Source: Planctomycetota bacterium (GTDB lineage Bacteria > Planctomycetota > UBA8108 > SXIK01). From it: a stretch of DNA of 64,000 bases. Positions within the stretch are counted from its first letter, which is position 1. Each line of letters starts with the position of its first letter. The position numbers and the translations under genes were made by a program. Positions 46,921 through 56,626 of the stretch are shown piece after piece. Below the pieces are notes generated by a model that was not told where the DNA came from, did not search any database, and was given only the letters and a program-made list of their open reading frames with translations. The DNA is taken from assembly GCA_965223265.1 (NCBI GenBank), contig OZ244999.1:896001-960000 (forward strand), written 5' to 3'.

Positions 46921-48381
46921 TTAGAGAGGCAGTTCCTGGCGTCTTCTGCCCGCCTCGACGCAGGAGCGCGCGTCCGGAAACAGCTTCCCCGGATTCGATA
47001 GTTGGGTTGAGTCGACGGCGGCTCTTAACTCTTTTTGAAGCTCTAGATCGGCTGCAGAAAACAGTAGCGGCATGAACTCCATCTTCTCCACCCCAATGCC
47101 ATGTTCTCCGGATATGCTCCCACCTTCGCGGACGCACGCGGCGAGAATCTCCTTCCCAGCCTCGAGAACGCGTTGACTCTCGTCCGGGTCGCGTCCGTCG
47201 TACGAAATGTTTGGGTGGAGATTGCCATCTCCGGCGTGGAAGACATTGGAGAGTGTGATGCGATACTTCTCTGCGATGGCGTAAAACTCGCCGAGAACCT
47301 TCTCTAGCTTTGTACGCGGCACCACACCATCAAGTACATAGAGATCCGTGTTGATTCTTCCGAGTGCCCCGAATGCACCCTTGCGACCTTTCCACAGGCG
47401 GAGCCGGTCTGCGGCGTCCACTGCGACGCGGAATTCAACTGCGTCGTTTTGCGTGGCGATGCGACGAATCTCCGCTTCTTGTTCGTCGAGCCCAGCCTCC
47501 AGGCCGTCGATCTCGATCAACAGCACTGCGGCAGCGTTTTGAGGGTAGCCAGCCGCGTAGACCGATGCCTCGACAGCTTGAATGGTGAGGCGGTCGAGTA
47601 TCTCAAGTGCCGCCGGCACAATCCCGGATCGTGTGATGTCCGTGACCGTGCGGCAGGCATGGCTCATGTCGTCGAAAATCGCTAGAAACGTTCGCACTCC
47701 CTGCGCAGTCGGTAAAACCTTGACTGTGACCCGGGTGACGACCCCGAATGTGCCCTCGGTGCCGACAAAGAGTCCGACGAGATCATAGCTATCGGGCCGG
47801 ACGCTGGTCGGGCCACCGAGCTGCACCACTTCACCGTCTGGAAGTACGACCTCGAGGCCAAGAATGTGATCCGTAGTCATTCCGTACTTCAGGCAGTGGG
47901 GACCGCCGGCGTTTTCGGCGACGTTGCCGCCAATCGTGCAGGCTTTCTGGCTCGACGGATCCGGCGCGTAGTGATACCCGCGAGCCGTAACCGCCTCGGT
48001 GATTTGAAGGTTGATGACACCGGGCTCCACTACCGCGTAGCCGTTTTCCGTGTCGACTTCGAGGATGCGGCGCATGCGGTTTAGGTCGATCACGATTCCG
48101 CCATCGACCGGCGTTGCGCCGCCGCTCAGACCGGTACCCGCGCCGCGGGGGACGAACGGAACGCCGTGGCGATGGCACCAGCGCACGGTCTCGATCACCT
48201 CGCCGCGGTCTTCACAGAGGACCACCACGACCGGCAGCTGCTTGTGGAGCGGAAATCCGTCGCATTCGTAGACTCGCAATTCTGTGACATCGGAGACCAC
48301 GCGCTCTGGCGGAACGAAGGCTAGCAATTCATCGAAGGGCGTCGGAAGTTGCGGGGTTCGTCGGCGTTTGAAGAGTGCCAT
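46921..48381 (-). CDS. glcD: glycolate oxidase subunit GlcD (FAD-linked oxidase)
   Basis: PRGAGTGLSGG, PDPSSQKACTIGGNVAENAGG, FHAGDGNLHP, GEHGIG; start MALFKR at 48381. Confidence 0.92.
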   Translation of the reverse strand: MALFKRRRTPQLPTPFDELLAFVPPERVVSDVTELRVYECDGFPLHKQLPVVVVLCEDRGEVIETVRWCHRHGVPFVPRGAGTGLSGGATPVDGGIVIDLNRMRRILEVDTENGYAVVEPGVINLQITEAVTARGYHYAPDPSSQKACTIGGNVAENAGGPHCLKYGMTTDHILGLEVVLPDGEVVQLGGPTSVRPDSYDLVGLFVGTEGTFGVVTRVTVKVLPTAQGVRTFLAIFDDMSHACRTVTDITRSGIVPAALEILDRLTIQAVEASVYAAGYPQNAAAVLLIEIDGLEAGLDEQEAEIRRIATQNDAVEFRVAVDAADRLRLWKGRKGAFGALGRINTDLYVLDGVVPRTKLEKVLGEFYAIAEKYRITLSNVFHAGDGNLHPNISYDGRDPDESQRVLEAGKEILAACVREGGSISGEHGIGVEKMEFMPLLFSAADLELQKELRAAVDSTQLSNPGKLFPDARSCVEAGRRRQELPL

Positions 48382-48755
48382 GGGGGTTGTTTCCGGAGGT
48401 GCGAGGCCGGGCAAGTGACCTAGCAGCCGCGGGACAGTAAGCCGTCGCGCGCAGCGCGCTCGCGGTTTTAACACATGAGTGCACCCGACGGGAGGGTTTC
48501 CGACGTCGGCACTGCAGTTAGGTAGCGTGACCTGCTGTGGGTGGTGGTGCCGGCGTCGGCTCGTCGATAGATGCGTTCTGCACAGATCGTTCGTGTGAAG
48601 TTTGGGGGAGTGTCGGGTTTCCCAACGCCGAGGCCAGGCACGTAGCGGCAGCAAGTCGCGCGGTGGCCCGCGTCACTGTCAGGGACGGTTGCGGTGGCGT
48701 CTTGCGGGTCCTCGGCACTGGAGCCCACACTCTCCGGCGAAAGGGCAGCGAGCAC

Positions 48756-48795
48756 AAAAAAAGCCGACCGGAACGCATAAAGCCTACCGGTCGGC
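48756..48795 (-). terminator. intrinsic terminator
   Basis: On the minus strand: 9-bp stem gccgaccgg/ccggtcggc followed by U7 (A-run at 48756-48762). Confidence 0.8.
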
Positions 48796-48871
48796 CTCGT
48801 CAACGCGGGCGCGCAAGTTCGCTCGCGCGGCGTTCCGCCCCGAGGCGGCCTACCACGCGTCCTCACTTCAG
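48756..48871 (-). ncRNA. candidate ~116-nt structured small RNA or leader
   Basis: Lies between a sigma54-like promoter and a terminator; folds by eye into a three-way junction plus terminator. Confidence 0.5.
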
Positions 48872-48881
48872 TAGGGGATAG

Positions 48882-48897
48882 AGCAATTTGGTGGCCA
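48882..48897 (-). promoter_or_regulatory. sigma54-type -24/-12 promoter
   Basis: Minus strand TGGCCACCAAATTGCT: TGGC-N7-TTGC, with canonical GG-to-GC spacing. Confidence 0.55.
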
Positions 48898-49211
48898 CTT
48901 CTGGAGGCGTTGTCACAAGCTGTTGTTCTTGCGTCGATTAGCTCTCTTACTACGTTTCTGCACTGTTTTTTGGCTGACCCGTAGAACGTCTTCAGACCTC
49001 GGACTGTCGGAAATTCCAACGCGCGTAGCAGGTCGGCAAGCGCTGCGTCGCCGGCCTCTGTCGTCCGCAGAGCGGACACTTCCGATCCTGTCATGGGAGG
49101 CCGTCAAGGCGCTCTGGTCGGGCCTCGTAGGGGGTCTCAAGCCTCGGGCAGGTGGATCCCAGCGACAGTCCTAAAGGATTACCGGACCTTGCTTAACGAC
49201 GTCTGGTGAAC

Positions 49212-49733
49212 TTAGATGCCGAAGATGCTCGGGCTGAAGTCCAGGTCAGCTGGCACGCCGGGGAAGTGGTCGCTTAGAAACTGCTCCTCCCGCTCGCGGG
49301 TTTGCCTCGACAGGCGTTCCTGCAGTGTTTCGCAACACGTGCAGCAGACGATCGTCGGCGGGAAGAGAATCTGGTCCGATCGGCAGGTGCCGAGCAGCGA
49401 CCAAGTCTGGGCCAGGATGCTTGGGATGCCACAAAAGTGGCAGGCGTCAGGGCCGACGTCAGGGTCGAAGTGGCCGAGCAGAAACCCCTTGATGGTGTTG
49501 ACCGAGGCCTCGGAGAAATCCTTGGCGACGCTCTCGGCGCAGGGGTGGCAAATCGCCGCCTCGAACAGGACTTCACCTGGACGCCACACCTTCTGAATCG
49601 CGTAAACGCGTTCCATCAGACTTGCCGAGCAGATGCTGCAATCGCGGAAGGGGGCCGCATTATACGCCGAGTGAAGCTCCGGGGGGATCGGTCCAAGGGG
49701 CTGTACGTCACCGAGATCGTGCTCGCAGGCCAC
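49212..49733 (-). CDS. Cys-rich putative zinc-binding protein
   Basis: Four CxxC pairs (CSIC, CHPC, CHFC, CCTC) in two internally similar halves. Confidence 0.7.
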   Translation of the reverse strand: MACEHDLGDVQPLGPIPPELHSAYNAAPFRDCSICSASLMERVYAIQKVWRPGEVLFEAAICHPCAESVAKDFSEASVNTIKGFLLGHFDPDVGPDACHFCGIPSILAQTWSLLGTCRSDQILFPPTIVCCTCCETLQERLSRQTREREEQFLSDHFPGVPADLDFSPSIFGI

Positions 49734-50175
49734 TGCTTTGCCTCGTTTTTCTCGCTGATTTCGGCCAGAGAGGTCCCGCGTGGGGGAGCCCGCTCTCCCG
49801 CCCAGTCGTTGACGCCTTGCCGCGAAACCCTGCCGAAGATTGACTATCGTCTACGCTGCCGAGTTCGCCGGCACCCGACGGCGGAGCGCCGTAGAATCTC
49901 ACTGCGATTTGCTGCAGGATGTCGCTGACGAAACCGTCGCGGCCCCACAGGATCGCACGCAGCATAAATGCGCTACACTCACTCGCAGGCCGCTAACCCT
50001 TAACCAGAATCGTTGCCTCAAGACAACGGTATGTTACCCCGAGTTTAGCCGCTCGCCAGATTTTTCGTCGCCGTGCTTCCGGAAAAGTCGAAAGTCGTGT
50101 TCCTTCTCTCGCCCTCGACGGACGAGCGGGCTCCGGGAGCCGCTGGCTCAACCTTCTCATGGATTGATCGGTCGA

Positions 50176-53100
50176 ATGATTGCAGTTGACCCATCCCGGT
50201 CGCTGGCTCTGCTGGCGGTGGCAACACTCGTTCTGGGTATGACTCAACTCCACTGCGACGGCAGGACGGCAGGCCAAGAGCCGGCAGCCGCAATGAACGA
50301 GGCGATTGGACTCCTTGACCGCTACGACTATCCCCGTGCCTACGAGCGGTTCAGCGAGTTAGTCGACGAATTCCCGCAGTGGGTGGGTGCTCATGTCAAC
50401 CGTGGCATTGCCGCGCTGAACGTGCAGGGAGACGAGTACTTTCGAGTCGCTGAACGTTCGTTTAAGAGCGCCCTGAAGCTCGATCCCGACTGCTGTTATG
50501 CCCTGTTCGGGCTCGGGATCCTTTATGAGTACACCGAGCGTTTCGACGACGCCTACGAAGCGTTTCAGCGTGTCGCGGAGCGAGACCCACATGAGCCGTT
50601 CACGCGCTACTACCTCGGCAACTTGCTTGCCAATCGTGGTGAGCTCGATGCGGCGCGGCGTGAGCTCGAGCGCGCGATTGAGCTGCAGCCGTCGCTTGCT
50701 TCGGCACACTACAGGCTGCGTCCCATCTATTACCGCTTGAAGAAGAAAACGGAAATGAAGCGGGCGGTTGGAGAGTTCGATCGTCTTGAGAAGGCGCGCG
50801 CGGGGTTGATCGTCGACGTCAAGTACGGCGATTCTGGAAAGTACTCGCTCGCCATGCGAGATCTCCCGCCCCTTCGGGGGCCTGAGAGAGGGTCGCCGCC
50901 GAAGGCCGGCTCTCTGCGGTGGGGTGCGCGACGCGTGGTGTCGTCGCGCGGGGCAGTCGAGCGACGTCGTCCTGACGGCAAGGCTCTCGCGCCGGGTGTG
51001 TCATTCGCAGACTTTGACGCCGACGGTACGCTCGAGATCGTACTCTGCTCAGTCCCAATCGATGGCGGTGGCACCGGCGTGACCATCGTCGCCTCGCCGA
51101 CACCCGATACTTTCGTTCGCCAGAGCACGATGAAGACCGACGCGCTTCTCTGCGCGACAGGCGACTTCGACGGCGACGCGAAGACAGACTTGGTGCTAGC
51201 AGGAGAGGGTTGGCTGCGAGTCTACCACGTCGACGCGCAAGGCCTCCTCAGTCCAGCCTCGATGAAAGTCGATGGCGATCACACCGGCTTTCCTGTCCGC
51301 CTCTTCGCCGTTGATGCGGACAGCGACTGGGACCTCGACATCGTCTGTCTGCGCCAGCAGTCTCAAGGTGGGCGCGTGGTCTCGAAGCTTCAGGTCATGA
51401 ATAACAACCGCGACGGTAGCTTCCGCGATATCGCACCCTCGGCAGAGGTTGACGTTTTCGACTTCCCGGCCGGCGAGCTTATCGTCACGGACCTCGACGG
51501 CGACATCGATGTCGACTTTGCGGTCATCGATTCCCAAACAGGGCGCGTTGTTGTCTGCGTCAACGATCGGGTTTGGCGCTGGCGCCGGCTCGACGGAAAG
51601 GACTTGGGCTGGATCGGTGCCGGGGCACCCGTATCGGCGCGCGCCGCCGACATCGACGCAGATGGCGCCCCCGACTTTTTGATTTGTGATGAGAGTGGCG
51701 TTTCGCTGGTGCGCAACGAGGGAGCTCTTCGCTTTCGCGTCGATTCCGACTTTCGAAAGCGTCTCGGACCCGTCGCCGCAGCCGTCGGCGTGACTGCAGA
51801 CTTCACCGCCGAGATGCAGCCGAGCCTTCTGCTCTTGCCGGCAGTCCCCGGCGGGGATAGCGGTCATGGTGACGCCGCGCTGCGATTCGTCGCACGCCTT
51901 GGCTTACCGGGAGCTTCCTCTGCTGCTGTGGATCTGGCAGCGCCGAGTCCGTACGGAGATTCACGCGCGGGATTGAGCGTCGCCACAGTGCTCCTCTCAC
52001 CGCGCGGCGGGCCCTCTCTCTTCGTCTACGACACGACTCATGGCGCTCAGCTTTGGGACATCGACTCGGTGCGCCGCTGGATCGGCTTTGAGTTGGTCGG
52101 GCCGACGAAGCCGCTTCGCGACAAGGAACGCTCCAACGTCGGTGGGATCGGCGCTACAACTCAGGTGCGGGCGGGCGAGAGTGAGGCCGTCGTGCAGGTT
52201 GATACCGGCGCTGCCGGTACGGTGCGAGAACCGCCGCGTATTTGGGTTGGCCTGGACGGCGTAGATCACGTTGACTCGCTGCGTGTTTTTTGGCCGGACG
52301 GCGTCCTGCAGGCGGAGCTCGCCCTGGTCGGCAATCGGCTTCACCGCATCGTCGAGATCGATCGCAAGCCCTCGTCTTGCCCGATTCTCTTCGCCTGGGA
52401 TGGTGAGCAGTTCGCGTTTGTTGGAGACTTCCTCGGCGTCGGTGGAATCGGATACTTCGAAGCGCCAGGTGAATACAACCGGCCTGATCCGACCGAGTTC
52501 TTAGTGTTGCCCGACTTGAAGCCGCAGAAAGACGAGAGCCATGGCCGCGCGTCCTATCACCTCGAAGTACTCGAGCCGCTTGAAGAGTGCACTTACCTCG
52601 ACGAGTTCACACTCGTAGCGGTTGATCATCCTGCGGATCTCAGGCTCCTTCCTGATGAGCGCTTTGCGTTGAATGGACCGCAGCCCGGGTTCCAGCTTTT
52701 GGAGTTTTCCCGCCAACACTTTCCGGAATCAGCAGTGGACACCGACGGACGTGACGTCACGGACGCCCTTCAGCGTGTCGATCGCACCTATGCTAATGAG
52801 GTGGAACATGATCGCCGATTCTCAGGCCGTGCGGTTCGCGACCACCACGTTGTGATGGACTTCGGAACTGCGATCGATCGTGTGCTCGCCGATGCTGCTT
52901 CCCAACGCGACGAGCAGTTCCCTGTTCTTTTTCTCTACGGTTACATCGAGTATGGATACTCGACGTCGAACTTTGCGGCGTCTCAGGCGCGCGCGGAGTT
53001 TCGTCCTCCCACGTTCGAAGTTGAACGCGGTGGGCGTTGGGTGGAACTACGCCGCGACTGGGGATTCCCGGCCGGCACGCCTCGCTTCATGTCCGTGGAT

Positions 53101-53847
53101 TTGGCGGGACTGCTGGAGCCCGGTGATCGTCGGCTGCGCGTTCGCACCAACATGGAGATCTATTGGGATCAAGCGTTTTTGACCGCGGCGGCGCGTCTTC
53201 GCGACGACGGGTCGACACGAACGATGGAGCTCCAGCCGGACGTGGCCACACTCGACTTCGCAGGGTTCATCCCGGAGCGCTCTCCGGATGGTCTGATGCC
53301 CAAGCTGTTTCTCTATGAAGATCTCAGACCGTCGGCTCCCTTTCGAATCATGCCTGGGAACTACACTCGCTTTGGTGATGTTCGCGAGCTTCTCGTGGAG
53401 ACGGACGATCGTTTCGCCCTGTTTGGGCCTGGCGAGCGGTTGAAGCTCCGATTCCAGGCTGATCGTTTGCCTCCACTGAGGTCATCTATGAAACGATCGT
53501 TTTTCGCCAAGGTGACTGGCTATTGTAAGGACATGGACCTCTACACGGCGCACCCCGATCGAGTTGAGCCACTGCCGTTTGCCTCAATGTCGAGCTACCC
53601 TTACGGCAGCGAGAGTCTTCCGTCTCGATTGGACGAGTACGGCCGGAGGTGGAACAGTCGCCGGGTGGACGCCGCACGGTTCGAAGGTTACGACGAGGGC
53701 GATGCCGTGTGGAAGGCGGCTGCGGCGCGGCGCTCCGGATCAGCGGAGCAGGGGCGAAGTGCTCAAGGCACGCACTCGAGGTCGTCGGGAGTCGGATCGA
53801 GTCCCGGGTCAGGGAAGGGTTCTGGGACCGTATTCGCCTCACCCTGA
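50176..53847 (+). CDS. TPR + FG-GAP + ASPIC/UnbV (CRTAC1-like) protein
   Basis: Signal/lipobox, TPRs, D-x-D-G-D-x-x-x-D repeats, RSNVGGIGA...VFWPDGVLQAE, SSCPILFAWDG, TNMEIYWD, GYCKDMD. Confidence 0.88.
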   Translation: MIAVDPSRSLALLAVATLVLGMTQLHCDGRTAGQEPAAAMNEAIGLLDRYDYPRAYERFSELVDEFPQWVGAHVNRGIAALNVQGDEYFRVAERSFKSALKLDPDCCYALFGLGILYEYTERFDDAYEAFQRVAERDPHEPFTRYYLGNLLANRGELDAARRELERAIELQPSLASAHYRLRPIYYRLKKKTEMKRAVGEFDRLEKARAGLIVDVKYGDSGKYSLAMRDLPPLRGPERGSPPKAGSLRWGARRVVSSRGAVERRRPDGKALAPGVSFADFDADGTLEIVLCSVPIDGGGTGVTIVASPTPDTFVRQSTMKTDALLCATGDFDGDAKTDLVLAGEGWLRVYHVDAQGLLSPASMKVDGDHTGFPVRLFAVDADSDWDLDIVCLRQQSQGGRVVSKLQVMNNNRDGSFRDIAPSAEVDVFDFPAGELIVTDLDGDIDVDFAVIDSQTGRVVVCVNDRVWRWRRLDGKDLGWIGAGAPVSARAADIDADGAPDFLICDESGVSLVRNEGALRFRVDSDFRKRLGPVAAAVGVTADFTAEMQPSLLLLPAVPGGDSGHGDAALRFVARLGLPGASSAAVDLAAPSPYGDSRAGLSVATVLLSPRGGPSLFVYDTTHGAQLWDIDSVRRWIGFELVGPTKPLRDKERSNVGGIGATTQVRAGESEAVVQVDTGAAGTVREPPRIWVGLDGVDHVDSLRVFWPDGVLQAELALVGNRLHRIVEIDRKPSSCPILFAWDGEQFAFVGDFLGVGGIGYFEAPGEYNRPDPTEFLVLPDLKPQKDESHGRASYHLEVLEPLEECTYLDEFTLVAVDHPADLRLLPDERFALNGPQPGFQLLEFSRQHFPESAVDTDGRDVTDALQRVDRTYANEVEHDRRFSGRAVRDHHVVMDFGTAIDRVLADAASQRDEQFPVLFLYGYIEYGYSTSNFAASQARAEFRPPTFEVERGGRWVELRRDWGFPAGTPRFMSVDLAGLLEPGDRRLRVRTNMEIYWDQAFLTAAARLRDDGSTRTMELQPDVATLDFAGFIPERSPDGLMPKLFLYEDLRPSAPFRIMPGNYTRFGDVRELLVETDDRFALFGPGERLKLRFQADRLPPLRSSMKRSFFAKVTGYCKDMDLYTAHPDRVEPLPFASMSSYPYGSESLPSRLDEYGRRWNSRRVDAARFEGYDEGDAVWKAAAARRSGSAEQGRSAQGTHSRSSGVGSSPGSGKGSGTVFASP

Positions 53848-55658
53848 AACAGAGCTGCGATCAGACGGACGGGATCACTGATATCGATGGTTCCATCGTC
53901 GTTGACGTCCATCGCTTTTTCGCACGTGGCGCCATCTCCGGAACGGAACAAGTGGTTGAGCACGAACACTGCGTCGGCCAGGTCCGTGTTGCCGTCGCCG
54001 TTGGTCTCGCCGCGGATGAACGGCGTCTCGCTTCCGACGATCAGCCGACTTGGAGAGACGAATGGAACCGCCGCATCACCCTCAACCGGTTCGAATCGAA
54101 GCAGGACAGGAGGCGCGCCAAGGCGGTCTTCCACGTGCAACTCCGTTTCTGTCCCTGGGCTCGCCGTCGGATCGACGTCGAAGACAAGACGAGCGACGAG
54201 TAGGTCAGAGCCGGCCGGTATTTCTTCATTTCCGACGATACTTATAACGACGGAGAGCGTGGCGACACCGAGATTGTTGTCGATGTCTTGCGCGGACACG
54301 TCGGCGTTGGCGCTGAGCGTGCCCTCGACGGAGAACTCGCGCATCGAGACGACTGCGGGATCGAACGTGAGGCCAAAAGAGAACGCCCCGAGACTGTCGG
54401 GTGACGTCGCCAACACGTCGACGATCGTTGAGGTGCCAGGTGCGGCGGCATTCCCGACTAGCCGCAACTCGTAGGGGTTGTAAGTGAACGCGTTGTCGAG
54501 TGTTTGGATGGACTGCCCGTCCAGTTCAACCCGTACATCTTGCTCGCCGCTCGTCTGACTAGCTGGCAACGATCCAACGATTCTTGTCGCATCGACTTGC
54601 GTCTGACTCTCGAGAGGAAGGTCGCCGATCAAGATGACAACTCCATCCGAAAAACCGACCCCATCTACCTGGATTGGAATGCCACCGCGCGTCGGTCCTT
54701 CGTTCGGTGAGATCGAGTTGACGGTGGGTGGCGCTTCGCCGTAGCGATATGCGCTCGTCAGGGTTGAGGAACCGAGTGAGTTCGAAACGGTGATGTCGAC
54801 GCTGCCGCGCGCATGTGGGGGCATGTCAGTGATGACTATCTTGCCGCAGTCTTGCACATGCCAGCGTGATGACAGCACACTCAGTCCGTCGATCTGCAGA
54901 GTCGTGTCAGCCGTCAGCGTGAAGTTGAAGCCGCCCAGCGTGACGACGTTGCCCCCGGTCTCCGGTCCGAACGTCGGATCGACAGAGAGCAGCGTGGACG
55001 AGGGGACGCTTTCGCGCACGGTACCGTAGAGGGAGGCGATGCCGTCGAGGTCGTCGGCATGGAGCGTCCGCAGCGACAGCGCCCTGGCGCTTGCGGAGGC
55101 GAACATCGTTGCGCTTTGGATATCGCTGTGGCCGAGGCCAACTGCGTGGCCGAACTCATGCGCCGCGACGCCTGTTATGTCCAGTGTTCCCGCTTGCGGA
55201 TCACCTGGGCCGCTCCAGACGAGAGCTGATCCTTCGGTCTGGGCGTAAAAGATAATGTCAAACGCACTGATCAGATTCGTCGTCTCGGAGATGGCGAGCA
55301 GTGTCGCGGCGAGGGCTCCTTCGCCATCCGCATTGGCCCAGAAGACCGAATGTATGCCGTCGTCCGCTATGCGTGCCACGTTCGTCGTGCCGCCGAAGTT
55401 CAGGGAGAAGCCAGAAAGCGTTTGGTCCTCCCAAGCACTGGCGCCGCACATCATGGCAGCAATCTGTTCTTCGATCGTCCCAGCCGCATCTCCTGGAAAG
55501 TTCGGGTTGATGTGATACGTGAACCCAGTCGTTGGCCAGGATCCAAGTACCTCGAACGCATCGATCGAACTGGTCGGAGAGAGGGTCGCGACCCAGGCAG
55601 TCACTAACGCAAAACGCGCTGCGCGGGCACGACGCCAAAAGTCACTCGCACGACTCAT
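53763..55658 (-). CDS. matrixin-family metalloprotease with IPT/TIG, cohesin-like and dockerin-like domains
   Basis: AHEFGHAVGLGHS and ATM Met-turn; two P-x-x-GP-x-x-GG IPT repeats; GAFSFGLTFDP cohesin-like; FIRGETNGDGNTDLADA tail. Confidence 0.88.
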   Translation of the reverse strand: MSRASDFWRRARAARFALVTAWVATLSPTSSIDAFEVLGSWPTTGFTYHINPNFPGDAAGTIEEQIAAMMCGASAWEDQTLSGFSLNFGGTTNVARIADDGIHSVFWANADGEGALAATLLAISETTNLISAFDIIFYAQTEGSALVWSGPGDPQAGTLDITGVAAHEFGHAVGLGHSDIQSATMFASASARALSLRTLHADDLDGIASLYGTVRESVPSSTLLSVDPTFGPETGGNVVTLGGFNFTLTADTTLQIDGLSVLSSRWHVQDCGKIVITDMPPHARGSVDITVSNSLGSSTLTSAYRYGEAPPTVNSISPNEGPTRGGIPIQVDGVGFSDGVVILIGDLPLESQTQVDATRIVGSLPASQTSGEQDVRVELDGQSIQTLDNAFTYNPYELRLVGNAAAPGTSTIVDVLATSPDSLGAFSFGLTFDPAVVSMREFSVEGTLSANADVSAQDIDNNLGVATLSVVISIVGNEEIPAGSDLLVARLVFDVDPTASPGTETELHVEDRLGAPPVLLRFEPVEGDAAVPFVSPSRLIVGSETPFIRGETNGDGNTDLADAVFVLNHLFRSGDGATCEKAMDVNDDGTIDISDPVRLIAALFQGEANTVPEPFPDPGLDPTPDDLECVP

Positions 55659-56344
55659 CGGGAGCTCTCCGGACCCGCTTGACGTCGTAGGGTCGCAGAA
55701 GAATGGGTGGGGTGGCTTGAGCGATCCTGCTGCGAGAACAGAGCCACCTGGCTTCGAATCGTGCTCAATGGTGTCGAACGACCGATCGGTAGCGACGGGC
55801 GCCCGATCGCCGCTGTGCCGTCTGGCGAGAGCCGGTACTTACCCTGCTTCCAGCCGGTGTTGCAAAGGCGCCGATCGGCGCCGCGGCGGAGAAAAACGAG
55901 CACCGACTCGTTGACTTCATAGTGAGCGGCTTCGGGGCAGACGTAGCGCACACCGTCGAGAGTACCTCCCAGAGTTCGAAACGTGATCTCTTCGACCTCC
56001 TGAGTCGAGTTTGGCCTCTTCAGCCATCCGGTCACTCGAATGGTGACGTCGGTGAACGGCAGTAGGCCGACGTTTTCCACTTCCTCTCGATACGAGCGCA
56101 AACGGACGACCTTGCCTGTGGCGACCATCTCTGAGCGCACCGCAATCTCCTCGAAACTGACCCGCTTCAACGCGCCTTCAGCGTGGCGAGCGGAGGCAAG
56201 AAACGTCGTGGCGACGACACAAAGGAGAGTCAGACCCAAGACCCATTTCGCGGTCACAGAGGTCGCGGGTGTCGGTTTCGCGGTGACGGAACGCACAGCG
56301 ATTGATGTCACGGCGGTAGACCGTGTCGCGCGGCTGGAAATCAT
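55655..56344 (-). CDS. secreted hypothetical protein (partner of the matrixin)
   Basis: Signal peptide, then SEMVATGKV...TLGG...ESVLVFL...QGKY; ATGA overlap with the matrixin gene. Start uncertain. Confidence 0.7.
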   Translation of the reverse strand: MISSRATRSTAVTSIAVRSVTAKPTPATSVTAKWVLGLTLLCVVATTFLASARHAEGALKRVSFEEIAVRSEMVATGKVVRLRSYREEVENVGLLPFTDVTIRVTGWLKRPNSTQEVEEITFRTLGGTLDGVRYVCPEAAHYEVNESVLVFLRRGADRRLCNTGWKQGKYRLSPDGTAAIGRPSLPIGRSTPLSTIRSQVALFSQQDRSSHPTHSSATLRRQAGPESSR

Positions 56345-56626
56345 GAGTGTTTGCTCCCTCGGCGGGGGATGGATGGCGGAGCGCCCTGATCCGATCATAT
56401 GACGAATTCTGCCGTGGTGTAACCAAAAAACGACTCCCTTCCCAGGTGTCCACGGCTATGCCCCAAGTCGCTTTGGCGCGCGCAGGTGCGGCGTTGCGAA
56501 AACAAGGTTTGGTCGTTAAAAAGAGGGCCGCTTGGGCGGTTGAATCTACCGACCTGTGGCTCGAGCTGCTGAACGAGATCTCTTCGACGCAGCACCCAAC
56601 CAAGAGTAAGAGCGACGAACTCCACG

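Noticed and set aside
53763-53847. 85-bp convergent overlap as a functional antisense arrangement
   Set aside because: The overlapping tail of the ASPIC protein is low-complexity; most simply a stop-codon drift.
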